Part shown: piece by piece, positions 39,753 through 49,445 of the stretch
Position numbering within the stretch: position 1 is the first letter of the stretch
Layout of the letters: each line of letters opens with the position of its first letter
DNA from: an uncultured Candidatus Saccharibacteria bacterium
Lineage (GTDB): Bacteria > Patescibacteriota > UBA1384 > DTJR01
Assembly: GCA_964473025.1 (NCBI GenBank)
Contig: CAYYMZ010000001.1
Span: 24,163-88,162, forward strand
Direction: 5' to 3'
Length of the DNA stretch: 64,000 nt
The notes under the pieces: generated by a model
What the model was told of the DNA's origin: nothing
Database searches by the model: none
The model's input: the letters and a program-made list of their open reading frames with translations, nothing else
Position numbers and translations under genes: made by a program

Positions 39753-42437
39753 TCATGCTGGTATTGACGCTTTCTTTCGATAAAAGAATTTTCTTATCTC
39801 TTCTACCAAGACGATTGACAACCCGACAATAATAATTAGAATCCAATCCGGAAGGGACAAAGCAGTTGTATGTAAAATCCTCTGCATTAACGGATTATAA
39901 ACAGCCAAAAGCTGTAATGCTATCACAATAATTGTTGCCCCGACTAAAAACTTGTTAGAAAAAAATCCCATCTGGAAAATGGATTTATTTTCCGAGCGGC
40001 AGTTCCAGGCATTAAACCATTGAAAAGCTGCTAAAGTTGTCAGCGATATTGTCCATGCTTTGGCAAGATCTATCTGATAAAATCTCTGGAAAAGCAATAA
40101 TGCACCGATTGCCATCGGCATCGCCATTAGAACCATTCTCTTTGCCATTAACGAATCAACAAGGTATTTAGAAGATTTTTCAAATTTACCCTTCAGCAAC
40201 CCGTCTTCTTTGGGTTCCATTGCTAACGCCACGTCCAAAATGCCATCAGTTACTAAATTGAGCCAAATAATTTGCGCCGGCAAAATTGGCAAGGGCCATC
40301 CTAAAAACAAGGCTCCGCTAATAGTTAGGACTTCACCCACGCTGGTAGAAAAAAGATAAAGAATAACTTTTTTTATTGTTTTGTAGATTGCTCGACCCTC
40401 TTCAACGGCCGAGACAATGCTGCCAAAGTTATCATCCAGAAGCACAATGTCCGCAGCTTCTTTTGCCACCTCGGTACCGATTTTTCCCATTGCTACGCCG
40501 AGATCAGCGGCAACGAGTGAGGGAGCGTCATTAACGCCGTCTCCGGTCATCGCCACTGTTTCCCCGCGCGCTCTATACGCTTCGATAATCCTCAGTTTGT
40601 GTTCCGGCGTCACTCGCGCGAATACCGATGTTTTGGCCAATTTTTCGGAAAGTGCGGCATCAGAAAAAGTGTCAATATCTTGTCCCTCAAGAACAATATC
40701 GTCATCTTGATAAATACCGGCTTCCTTAGCAATCGCTTGCGCCGTAATTTTGTGGTCTCCTGTGACCATCACCACTTTAATGCCGGCGAAAGCCGCTTTT
40801 TGTATAGCACCCCTTGCCTCTGGCCGAAGAGCATCTTTCATGCCGAAAAATCCCGCAAAAGTAAGATCGCCAATCGTTTCTGGTTTTAGAGTTTCCTGCC
40901 CGCTCGCAAGCTTGCGTTGCAGGCGGGTTGGGTCATCATGGCTTTCCGCAAACGCGATGACCCGCAACCCTTCCCGCGACATGGAGAGAAAAACGGATTC
41001 TAATTCCTGTTTTTCTTCTTTCGATATTTGAGAGAGATTCAAAATCACTTCCGGCGCGCCGACAACTGCTAGAAATTCTTGGCCATCAAGTCGGTGAACC
41101 GTTGCGTGATATTTGAGCTTGTAATCAAACGGAATTTCAGAAACTTGTGGTGATTCTCGCTCTAAATCATCTTTATTAAGCCCCAACTTCTCGGCAAGCA
41201 TGAGCATCGCCGCTTCAGTCGGGTCGCCGGCAACGCGCCAAACTTTCTCTTCTTCCGAAAACATCACGCGGGCATTGGAGGAAAAAGCGGCAATCTTCCC
41301 CGCAAGACGAAGTTCCGGGTGATTAACTGAATCAATTACACTCCCGTCTAATCGAATTTCTCCCTTCGGCTCATAACCAATTCCGCCAACCTCAAAGAAT
41401 TTGCCGGCGGTGTATACTTTCTTAATTACCATCTCATTTTTAGTAATCGTGCCGGTTTTATCAACGGCAATAACCTTTGTTTGTCCCAACGCTTCTACTG
41501 CTTGGAGTTTCTTAACTAAAGCATGGCGCTTGCTCATTCGCCAAACGCCTGTGGCTAAAATTAAAGTCATCACAATTGGGAGACCTTCAGGGATAATTGA
41601 GACCGCCAAGGAAACTACCGTTCTAAACATCTCGGAGAGCGTGCTTCCGCGAGCAAGACCAAGAAAAAAAAGAAGCGTGCCGATACCCAAGACGGCGCAA
41701 ACAATCAAGCGCGAAAGATAACGAATATTTGTTTTAAGGGGTATCTCTGTATCAATGGTAGCGATTTCTTTAGAAATTTTTCCAATAAAAGTCTCTAAGC
41801 CCGTGGCGACAACAATCGCTTTCCCGTTTCCAGCAACAATATGAGTTCCCTTAAAAACCATATTATTTTGTTCGAAGATCGGTAAGTCAGTCGCTTCTGA
41901 TACATCGGAAATTTTGTTGACCGGTACTGACTCTCCAGTCAAAGCTGATTCATCAAGGAGTAGTTGGTTGGAAACTGAAAGACGGGCATCGGCGGGAATT
42001 TTCTCGCCTTCTTGCAGGAGGATGATATCGCCAGGGACAAGTTCGCTGTCTAGGATAATCGATTCATTGCCCTCGCGTAAAACAGTCGCCTTGGTTGTTA
42101 CAAAGTTTTTAAGGGCTAAAAGTGTGTTTTGGGCTTTTCCCTCTTGAAAAGTGCCGACAACCGCGTTAAAGAAAAGAACAAAAAGTATCAAACCTCCGTC
42201 AGTAAACTCTCTTAAGAAGAAGGTGACGATAGAGGCGGCAAAAAGGATGTAAATTAAAGGACTTTGAAATTGACGAAGAAAAATCACCAATAAACTATCT
42301 GATTTTGTTTCAGGCAGTTTATTTCGGCCGTATTTTAACAAACGATTCTTGCTTTCCGTTTCTGTTAAACCCTGAAGACTAGAGCCGAGATCAACCAAGA
42401 CGGTCGCGGCTGATTTAGTGGACCATAAATTATTCAC
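39753..42437 (-). CDS. Cation-transporting P-type ATPase (type II, Ca2+-like)
   Basis: TGES, PEGL, DKTGT, GDPTE, TGDGVNDAP. Confidence 0.95.
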   Translation of the reverse strand: MNNLWSTKSAATVLVDLGSSLQGLTETESKNRLLKYGRNKLPETKSDSLLVIFLRQFQSPLIYILFAASIVTFFLREFTDGGLILFVLFFNAVVGTFQEGKAQNTLLALKNFVTTKATVLREGNESIILDSELVPGDIILLQEGEKIPADARLSVSNQLLLDESALTGESVPVNKISDVSEATDLPIFEQNNMVFKGTHIVAGNGKAIVVATGLETFIGKISKEIATIDTEIPLKTNIRYLSRLIVCAVLGIGTLLFFLGLARGSTLSEMFRTVVSLAVSIIPEGLPIVMTLILATGVWRMSKRHALVKKLQAVEALGQTKVIAVDKTGTITKNEMVIKKVYTAGKFFEVGGIGYEPKGEIRLDGSVIDSVNHPELRLAGKIAAFSSNARVMFSEEEKVWRVAGDPTEAAMLMLAEKLGLNKDDLERESPQVSEIPFDYKLKYHATVHRLDGQEFLAVVGAPEVILNLSQISKEEKQELESVFLSMSREGLRVIAFAESHDDPTRLQRKLASGQETLKPETIGDLTFAGFFGMKDALRPEARGAIQKAAFAGIKVVMVTGDHKITAQAIAKEAGIYQDDDIVLEGQDIDTFSDAALSEKLAKTSVFARVTPEHKLRIIEAYRARGETVAMTGDGVNDAPSLVAADLGVAMGKIGTEVAKEAADIVLLDDNFGSIVSAVEEGRAIYKTIKKVILYLFSTSVGEVLTISGALFLGWPLPILPAQIIWLNLVTDGILDVALAMEPKEDGLLKGKFEKSSKYLVDSLMAKRMVLMAMPMAIGALLLFQRFYQIDLAKAWTISLTTLAAFQWFNAWNCRSENKSIFQMGFFSNKFLVGATIIVIALQLLAVYNPLMQRILHTTALSLPDWILIIIVGLSIVLVEEIRKFFYRKKASIPA
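40895..40927. repeat. Palindromic element inserted in frame in the P-type ATPase
   Basis: CCTGCCCGCTCGCAAGCTTGCGTTGCAGGCGGG, encoding RLQRKLASGQ. Confidence 0.65.
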
Positions 42438-42704
42438 TTAACTACTCCTTGATTTAATTCTACCATAAGAAGACTGGATTAAGATAAAAGAAAAAGATTT
42501 TAAATGATTAGCTGATTTTAGGGCAAAAGTCCCAAAGCAGGAGGATTTATAAGGTTTGTCAAAAAGTTCGAAACTCAGGTACGGGCAGTGAAGGAAACAC
42601 CAGAATGGACCTATTTGCAACCAAAAAAGACCTTAAACGGTCTTTTTCACTTCCTGCTCCCTTTCTACTCCTTTTTTAACTTGTAAAAAGTCCCAAACTT
42701 TGGT

Positions 42705-42794
42705 TGGCGGAGAGGGTGAGATTCGAACTCACGGTGGACTTGCATCCACAACAGTTTTCAAGACTGTCCCGATAAACCGCTCCGGCACCTCTCC
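42705..42794 (-). tRNA. tRNA-Ser(TGA)
   Basis: GGAGAGG acceptor stem, ACAGT-CTTGAAA-ACTGT arm, long variable arm, CCA. Confidence 0.95.
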
Positions 42795-42916
42795 CCGAGC
42801 CAAATTTTACCTTAAGTTACCTATAATTTCAATCATTTTGATTGCATATTTGGCTCAAAATGATATATTTATCTGTTCGTCGCATCGTTGACAATCCGAC
42901 AGGGAGGGGATTCAGG

Positions 42917-43732
42917 ATGACAATTGGCGTTGGTATTCTGGCAGGAGGTCAGGGGAAGCGTCTCAAGCAGAATGTGCCGAAAGCGGAGGCACCACTCTAC
43001 GGCAGGCCGATGTGAGCTTACACGTGCGAAGCGGCACTGGAGATTACCAGGGAGCAGATCCAAATGGTCGTGCCGGCAGGAAGGCAGATTCACCACCATC
43101 AGGTAGAGTGCCTTGATACCCGCCATTCGTACATGGGCGATCTGTTTCAGCTTGTTGAACGGGCAAGGGAAAGAGAGTACGACCGTTTTCTGGTCATCAA
43201 TGCCGACTCCGTGCTGGTGACGGCCAAATCCCTACAGAGTTTCCTGGAATTGACCGAAGGGAGCGAAGCCGGCATTATCTGGCCGGCGATCCGACGCCAC
43301 TCCATCCCAGAGATGCTCCGGCAGACGGTCTTGAACGACCTGCCGGGGAGACCGGATCTCATCCGCAGCGGGGTTATGATGTTCAGGCCAGCGTCACTTC
43401 ACCCCAAAAAGAACATTCTTCGTAAACTAGCCCGCGATCCGAACAAGATAGTGCTCAGATCGCCTCTTGGCTTACCGTTCTGGGCCTTCAGGAGAGTTCA
43501 AGCGGAGTTTTACCGCCGCTATGCCGAGCTTCCTCTTCTTGGTCTGCGCAACTGCATCATGTGGGGCATGAAACTGCTCAACACAGAGGAGATCAAGAGC
43601 TGCATGAAAAGTTGTTTGGGTTGCGAGAGGGTAGAAATGCCGGAACTGGACATCGGGGTATTCGGCTTCGACGTCGATACGCCCAAAGAGCTGAAGCTGG
43701 CAGAGGACTATCTGCGCAGGTGGGGAAGATAA
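42917..43732 (+). pseudogene. MobA-like NTP transferase interrupted by an in-frame TGA
   Basis: MTIGVGILAGGQGKRL...PKA...GRPM, TGA at 43013-43015, then the same frame continues to GFDVDTPKEL. Confidence 0.8.
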
Positions 43733-43741
43733 GATTAATCA

Positions 43742-43776
43742 GGGTCGAAACAAAAAGGGGTGTTTCGACCCTTTTT
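43742..43776 (+). terminator. Intrinsic terminator
   Basis: GGGTCGAAAC...GTTTCGACCC followed by TTTTT. Confidence 0.75.
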
Positions 43777-43917
43777 GTTTTTATCCCCCTTCGCAGAAGA
43801 CCTCGGATTATATCCGAGCACGAATAGGTCTTCTGCTTCGAAAGGATTGCATAACAAAAAAACGCCCTTTCGGGCTCAAATATTTTTTACTTTTTAGCTT
43901 TTACTTTTTAGTTATTA

Positions 43918-44553
43918 CTATCCTCCTATCTCGTTTTCGAAACCGAATTGTTTGGCTTTGGCAAACTCGTCTTTCGACTTGCTTTCATCGTTTAATTCTT
44001 GATAGACGAGCGAGAGCAAATAATGCGTCTGCCCATAAACAGGATCTTTTTTCAAAGCATTCTCCAGCGCTCCTTTGGCTTGGTCGAATTTATTGGTGGC
44101 GAGATAAACTTGTGCCAAATTGACATAAGCATCGCGCCAGACGGGATCTTTTTGAATGGCAAGCTGCGCTGCGGCCTCGGCGCGCTCGCCATCACCCGAC
44201 TTAACATAATTTTGGCTTAACGCCACGAATGAATAGGCATCGGTCCCTAACTTCGCAACTTCAGCTTCAACCGCTTTAAAATGATTCTGATATTCCTGCT
44301 CTCGCGCTAGATTTGCTTGATAATTTTTCTGCGCTACATAGTCATAACCTTTTTTGATGCCTAAATATCCCGAAATAACCACGGCAAAAACAAAAACCGT
44401 AAGAAAAATCGCCTTCCAAGGCAATTTACCAAAATTTAGCTGTTTTTTTACGAGCCCAAAATCAAAAGAGTGATGGTTGCGACGTGACGTGAAATGCAAC
44501 TCAGTTCGAAGCTGAGGGGATAGTTTGTAAGAACTTATTTTGTCGTTGGCCAT
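43918..44553 (-). CDS. Membrane-anchored tetratricopeptide-repeat protein
   Basis: One TM, then AYVNLAQVY...ALKKDP...HYLLSLVY TPR pattern. Confidence 0.8.
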   Translation of the reverse strand: MANDKISSYKLSPQLRTELHFTSRRNHHSFDFGLVKKQLNFGKLPWKAIFLTVFVFAVVISGYLGIKKGYDYVAQKNYQANLAREQEYQNHFKAVEAEVAKLGTDAYSFVALSQNYVKSGDGERAEAAAQLAIQKDPVWRDAYVNLAQVYLATNKFDQAKGALENALKKDPVYGQTHYLLSLVYQELNDESKSKDEFAKAKQFGFENEIGG

Positions 44554-44647
44554 TGGTAGTGAAAAGTTTTTAAAGTCTATAAAGTTTGTAATGTCGTAAA
44601 GCCGAAACGTCTAGTTTTCAGACTCTTGACTCAATGGACTTTTGACT

Positions 44648-47221
44648 TTATGAACTGATTTCCGGCCATTTAGCCGAAATCAGATTTTCGCTATCTTTAA
44701 ATTCTTTTGGAATTTTCTGCCATATGGTTTCGGTCACATAGGGAACGAAGGGGTGGAGCATTTTGAGAGAATCAATCAGAATCAAAACAAGCTTCGCCCT
44801 GGCCGCAGTGCAATCTTCTGCCAGGTCGCTTTGCAGCCGGGGTTTAGCTTCTTCAATCATTATATCAGCAAACTCGTGCCAAATAAAGTCGTACAATAAT
44901 TCTCCAGCGCGCGAGAAGTGTAACTGGTCTAAATGCTTGGTTGTTTCTATAATTACTTCATTGAATCTGACCAAATCTTTTTCGTCTTGTTTTGACCATT
45001 TGGCATTTGAGCTTAGAGCTTCATTTGTTATTTGGGTTTTGTCATTTGGGTTTTCCAGGTTCATCAAAACGAACCTTGAGATATTCCAGATCTTGTTTGA
45101 AAAATTGCGATAGCCCTTGATTTTTGACTCTCCGACGGCAATATCGTTGCCGGCGGTTGTGCCGACGATTAGCGACATTCGAACGGCATCGGTGCCATAT
45201 TTTTGGGCAACATCGAGCGGGTCCAAAACGTTGCCGAGCGATTTGGACATTTTGCGGTTCTGTTCATCGCGGACCAGGCCATGCAAATAAACCGTTTCAA
45301 ACGGCGCCTTGCCGGTTAATTCCAGTCCCATCATAATCATCCGCGCAACCCAGAAAAACAGGATATCATAGCCCGTTTCCATGACGGTTGTTGGGTAAAA
45401 ATATTTATAATCTTCGGTTTCCTTGGGCCAGCCCAAAGTCGAGAACGGCCATAATCCGGACGAAAACCAAGTGTCTAACACGTCCTCCTCCTGCGTCCAG
45501 TTCTCGATGTCTTTTGGTGGCTCGGCACCGACGTAAATGTCATCCTTGGAAATTTTCAATTTTAAATTTGAAATTTTTAATGAATTTTCAATGTCAGAAT
45601 TTTGGAACTTGTCACGCACAGTGAAATCATAGGCATAGATATAAGCATCTGTATCGGGATTAACTTCTTTTTCCGGATTATGAAATTTGAAGGCCTCGAT
45701 CAGTTGCCCGACATTGTCATAAACTGCTCCGTGAGCTTTGTCCTGAAGGGGCAGATCTTTTACTTTTGTCTTTGTTGATTCGGTTATGATTCCAAAGCCA
45801 AAAATTTCACTGGTGGCGCTATTCTCAAAATAAACCTTATCTCCAACTTTAAGTTCGTGATTGCGGATGCGATACGTTTTAGTTTTACCAGCTAAAATTT
45901 GCGGAACTACTCTTTCCGCAATCCCCATCACCTTCAATTTTAAATTTGAAATTTTAAATTTTAAATTCGCATCCTGTTTACGGTAGTAAACAGGCATGCG
46001 ATGTCCCCACCAAAGTTGTCTCGAAATACACCAGTCACGGATATTATCCATCCAGTGAAAATAAACTTTTTCAAATCTTTTGGGCGTAATTTTGATTTTG
46101 CCTGATTTTACGGCCTTTTTAGCTTTTTCAGCGAGTGGTTTCATCTTCACAAACCACTGTTTCGAGGGGATCGGCTCAATTTGTCCGTTGCACCTGTAGC
46201 ATAAGGCGATGTTGTGTTCGTAGTTTTCCTCGATATGGTCGATCAAGCCCATCTTCTGCATATCGTCGACGATTGTCTCGCGCGCATCACGGGTTTTCAT
46301 GCCAGCGTATTTGCCTGTATTTGCCATCATGCGGCCGTTCTCGTCGATAACTTGCTTCATTGCAACGTTGTGCCGTTGGGCAATTTCAAAGTCAACTAAA
46401 GAATGTGCGGGTGTCACTTTGATAGCACCGGTGCCAAATTCCGGATCAACGGCATTGTCTTCAACAACGATAACTTCGAATTCTCCCAAAACGCCTGGAA
46501 TCATATATTTTTTGCCGACCATATCTTTGTAGCGCTTATCTCCCGGATGAACGGCAACGGCGGTATCACCGAGTTTGGTCTCAGGTCGGGAGGTTGCTAA
46601 GACAAACGGGCCGTATTTTATCCAATACAATTTCCCTATCTCTTTTTTGTATTCCACTTCATCGTCGGCGATGGCGGTGTGACAGCGCGGGCACCAGTTG
46701 ACAGTACGAAGTCCCCGATAGATTAATTTTTTTTCATAAAATCGGACGAATGCTTCATTGACGGCATCGGACATGCCTTCATCTAATGTAAATCTCTCGC
46801 GGCTCCAGTCGCAACTTGCCCCCATGGCGCGAAGCTGATGGGTAATCTCCCCGCCAAATTCGTTTTTCCATTCCCAAATGCGCTTGACGAATTCCTCACG
46901 GCCGAGATCTTTTTTAGTTTTGCCTTCTTTGCGGATCTGCTTTTCCACTACTGCTTGAGTGGCGATGCCAGCGTGATCGGTGCCGGGGAGCCAGAGAGTC
47001 GGTTCGCCCTTCATTCTGTGATAACGGGCCAAAATATCTTCCAAAGTAATAAACATGGCGTGGCCAATGTGCAATTTACCCGTTACGTTTGGCGGCGGCA
47101 TCATGATGGTGAAGGGCTTTGCCTTAGGATCTATTGTTGGTGTAAAGGCACCCGATTTTTTCCACAGAGAATAAATATCTTGCTCGGATTCCTTCGGGTT
47201 GTAGGTTTTGTCTAGATCCAT
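44648..47221 (-). CDS. valS: Valyl-tRNA synthetase with an inserted ASCH-like domain
   Basis: PPPNVTGKLHIGH, DWCISRQLWWGH, DVLDTWFSS, KMSKS; lacks the C-terminal coiled coil. Confidence 0.95.
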   Translation of the reverse strand: MDLDKTYNPKESEQDIYSLWKKSGAFTPTIDPKAKPFTIMMPPPNVTGKLHIGHAMFITLEDILARYHRMKGEPTLWLPGTDHAGIATQAVVEKQIRKEGKTKKDLGREEFVKRIWEWKNEFGGEITHQLRAMGASCDWSRERFTLDEGMSDAVNEAFVRFYEKKLIYRGLRTVNWCPRCHTAIADDEVEYKKEIGKLYWIKYGPFVLATSRPETKLGDTAVAVHPGDKRYKDMVGKKYMIPGVLGEFEVIVVEDNAVDPEFGTGAIKVTPAHSLVDFEIAQRHNVAMKQVIDENGRMMANTGKYAGMKTRDARETIVDDMQKMGLIDHIEENYEHNIALCYRCNGQIEPIPSKQWFVKMKPLAEKAKKAVKSGKIKITPKRFEKVYFHWMDNIRDWCISRQLWWGHRMPVYYRKQDANLKFKISNLKLKVMGIAERVVPQILAGKTKTYRIRNHELKVGDKVYFENSATSEIFGFGIITESTKTKVKDLPLQDKAHGAVYDNVGQLIEAFKFHNPEKEVNPDTDAYIYAYDFTVRDKFQNSDIENSLKISNLKLKISKDDIYVGAEPPKDIENWTQEEDVLDTWFSSGLWPFSTLGWPKETEDYKYFYPTTVMETGYDILFFWVARMIMMGLELTGKAPFETVYLHGLVRDEQNRKMSKSLGNVLDPLDVAQKYGTDAVRMSLIVGTTAGNDIAVGESKIKGYRNFSNKIWNISRFVLMNLENPNDKTQITNEALSSNAKWSKQDEKDLVRFNEVIIETTKHLDQLHFSRAGELLYDFIWHEFADIMIEEAKPRLQSDLAEDCTAARAKLVLILIDSLKMLHPFVPYVTETIWQKIPKEFKDSENLISAKWPEISS
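45555..45955. repeat. Perfect 23-bp direct repeats flanking the ValRS insertion
   Basis: TTCAATTTTAAATTTGAAATTTT at 45555-45577 and 45933-45955. Confidence 0.9.
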
Positions 47222-47225
47222 GGTT

Positions 47226-47338
47226 AAATCCAAAATCTAAATGACAAATGACAAATAAAGTCCAAATGACTTAATATCAAATATTTTGAACTTTGAACTT
47301 TGAGCTTCATTTGGCATTTTGGCTTTGACATTTGAGCT
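47226..47338. repeat. Heptamer-period repeats in two inverted blocks
   Basis: aaatcca aaatcta aatgaca aatgaca ... tttgaac tttgaac tttgagc ... tttgaca tttgagc. Confidence 0.8.
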
Positions 47339-48375
47339 TAACCTAAGCCAATCCTGTCTTTTACCTGGCTTAGGGTTTCCATTGCGATAGGTTCTATTTT
47401 TTTGGCCCCTTCGGCTAAAATCTGGCGCAATTTCTCTGGTTCGGCCATCAAGGATTTATATTTTTCCTGAATTGGGGCCAAGAATTTGACTAGTTCCTCG
47501 GCGAGGGCGTCTTTAAACTCGCCATACTGCTTGCCTTCAAATTCTTTTTCTAGCTCAGCGATGGTTTTGCCCGAGATTTCGGAATAAATAGTCAAAAGGT
47601 TGGTCAGTGCTGGTTTGTCCGCGCCTGATTTAATTTCCGACCCGGAATCAGTGACCGCCTTTTTGATTTTATTGCGGATTGTCTCGGCATCATCAGTTAG
47701 AGCGATGTAATTCAAGGCAGATTCGGCCGATTTAGACATCTTTGCTCTTGGATCGTCTAGGCCCATAATACGGGCACCCGATTTTTTGATGATTGGGTTT
47801 GGCACGACAAAAAGATCACCCCGCCCGCATCCGCTGGCGCCAGCTTTTGACGGGCAAGCATATTTATTATTTAATCGCTCGGCGATATTTCTGGTTATTT
47901 CGAGGTGCTGTTTTTGGTCATCGCCAATCGGCACGTTGGTGGTTTGATAGAGCAGGATATCTGCGGCCATAAGGACCGGATAATCGAAAAGACCAGCGGA
48001 AACATTGGGTTTGTTTTCGGCTTTTTCCTTAAATTGTGTCATTCTTTGTAATTCGCCTAAGGTTGTAAAACAATTCAAAATCACCGCTAATTCCGAGTGT
48101 TCCGGGCGGTCGGATTGGACGAAGATAGCTGATTTAGCAGGGTCGATGCCGCAGGCGACATACATAGCGGCAACCGAGAGAATGTTCTTTTTCAGCTCTT
48201 CAGGATCTTGGGGAACGGTGATGGCGTGAAGATCAACGACACAGAAAATACACTCACCATCATTTTGCATTTCAACAAACTGCTTGATGGCGCCGATGTA
48301 ATTTCCAATATGTAACACTCCCGACGGTTGAATGCCGGAAAAAACCCGACTGCCGGTAGGTACGTCTCTTTTCAT
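47338..48375 (-). CDS. trpS: Tryptophanyl-tRNA synthetase
   Basis: SGIQPSG, HIGN, YPVLMAADIL, KMSKS. Confidence 0.96.
   Translation of the reverse strand: MKRDVPTGSRVFSGIQPSGVLHIGNYIGAIKQFVEMQNDGECIFCVVDLHAITVPQDPEELKKNILSVAAMYVACGIDPAKSAIFVQSDRPEHSELAVILNCFTTLGELQRMTQFKEKAENKPNVSAGLFDYPVLMAADILLYQTTNVPIGDDQKQHLEITRNIAERLNNKYACPSKAGASGCGRGDLFVVPNPIIKKSGARIMGLDDPRAKMSKSAESALNYIALTDDAETIRNKIKKAVTDSGSEIKSGADKPALTNLLTIYSEISGKTIAELEKEFEGKQYGEFKDALAEELVKFLAPIQEKYKSLMAEPEKLRQILAEGAKKIEPIAMETLSQVKDRIGLG
47821..47858. repeat. Palindromic element inserted in frame in trpS
   Basis: Encodes CPSKAGASGCGR between NNKY and GDLFVVP; minus strand reads TTGCCCG...GCTGGCGCCAGC...GCGGGCGG. Confidence 0.7.
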
Positions 48376-48516
48376 ACTCTAAATTTAACAAAATCAGGTT
48401 GAATTATCAACTTCATTTTCTTGGGCCTCTTTTAAAGAGGCCATCTTCCGAAGCAAATAGAATTTGCATCTGACTTCTCGCACATATTTATGCGATAAAT
48501 CGGTGCGAATTAATTT

Positions 48517-48547
48517 AAAAAAAGCGGCCCCCTGTGAGGGGGGCCGT
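48517..48547 (-). terminator. Intrinsic terminator
   Basis: CGGCCCCC hairpin with an A tract on the plus strand (U tract on the minus strand). Confidence 0.7.
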
Positions 48548-48581
48548 AGAGTCCGATCGTGCCCCTAGGGGGCGGTCGGAC

Positions 48582-49427
48582 CTATGAGATGCGGTCGAGG
48601 AAGTGGGGATCGTGGTCAAGGTGGTGCCTGATGGCGGCCGCGTCTGACTTGGAATGTGACGACACCGGAAGTGTCGGCCGCGCGAGCAGGTAGAGGACCC
48701 AGTAGGTGGCCGCGACGACGATGAGCTCGGCGGCAAGCCTGCCAATCATCATGGTGTCAGAACCAACGACCATGACTGACAGGGCTCCAAAAATCGGTGC
48801 CGCGGCTACTACTACTAACCCAAGGCCATATCGCGAGATCTTGTATGGCCTGTGTGCGATTGCGGCGCCTGTCATACCCCAGAACAGACAGCCGAACAGA
48901 GCAAGTGCAGGCCAGAGCAGGTAAACCAACGCGAAGATCTCCCCATTCAGATTCGCAAGATGGGGGAAGATTCTTTGTGCAAGGTAGTGAACCGCGAAGG
49001 AGCTGACAAACAGCGTCACCCATCCCACCGCAGTCAGGACCTTGATCAGCTTGAAACTGACCCGCTCGAGGTCGCCCTCGACGATGCGGATTGGGTCTGC
49101 CGTAGTGTGTAGGACCCAGGCACCAATCGCCGCGGCGCAGAACAGCCACCCGCTGATGGCATCCCAATAGACGCCTATGCAAACAGCCGCTATTGCCAGT
49201 ACTGCCAGCGTACTGATGCAAATCCCGTTGCCCGCCAGTTCGTGCTTCCCTGACTTGATCTCGAGTCCATTGAGGATGTAGGTAACGACGCGAAGGGGGA
49301 TCAGGCCAACCAGAATTCCGGTGGCCATGGCCCAAAGCGGCGGATGAGGCAGGCGAAACGCGGCGATTGAGACGTAGGCGATGGCCGCGTAAATCATCGC
49401 GTAAATCAGAAAACGCCTGAAACGCAT
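48582..49427 (-). CDS. Hypothetical multi-pass membrane protein (GC-rich islet)
   Basis: SD AAGGAGG; ~8 hydrophobic segments. Confidence 0.7.
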   Translation of the reverse strand: MRFRRFLIYAMIYAAIAYVSIAAFRLPHPPLWAMATGILVGLIPLRVVTYILNGLEIKSGKHELAGNGICISTLAVLAIAAVCIGVYWDAISGWLFCAAAIGAWVLHTTADPIRIVEGDLERVSFKLIKVLTAVGWVTLFVSSFAVHYLAQRIFPHLANLNGEIFALVYLLWPALALFGCLFWGMTGAAIAHRPYKISRYGLGLVVVAAAPIFGALSVMVVGSDTMMIGRLAAELIVVAATYWVLYLLARPTLPVSSHSKSDAAAIRHHLDHDPHFLDRIS

Positions 49428-49445
49428 TGGTATTCCTCCTTTCGG

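Noticed and set aside
42438-42700. Recombinase remnant beside tRNA-Ser(TGA)
   Set aside because: Only a 60-aa ORF with no recognisable motif
43013-43015. Genome-wide UGA=Gly recoding (genetic code 25)
   Set aside because: Many intact genes end in TGA (e.g. aspS, several glycosyltransferases) and the long conserved genes have no internal TGA
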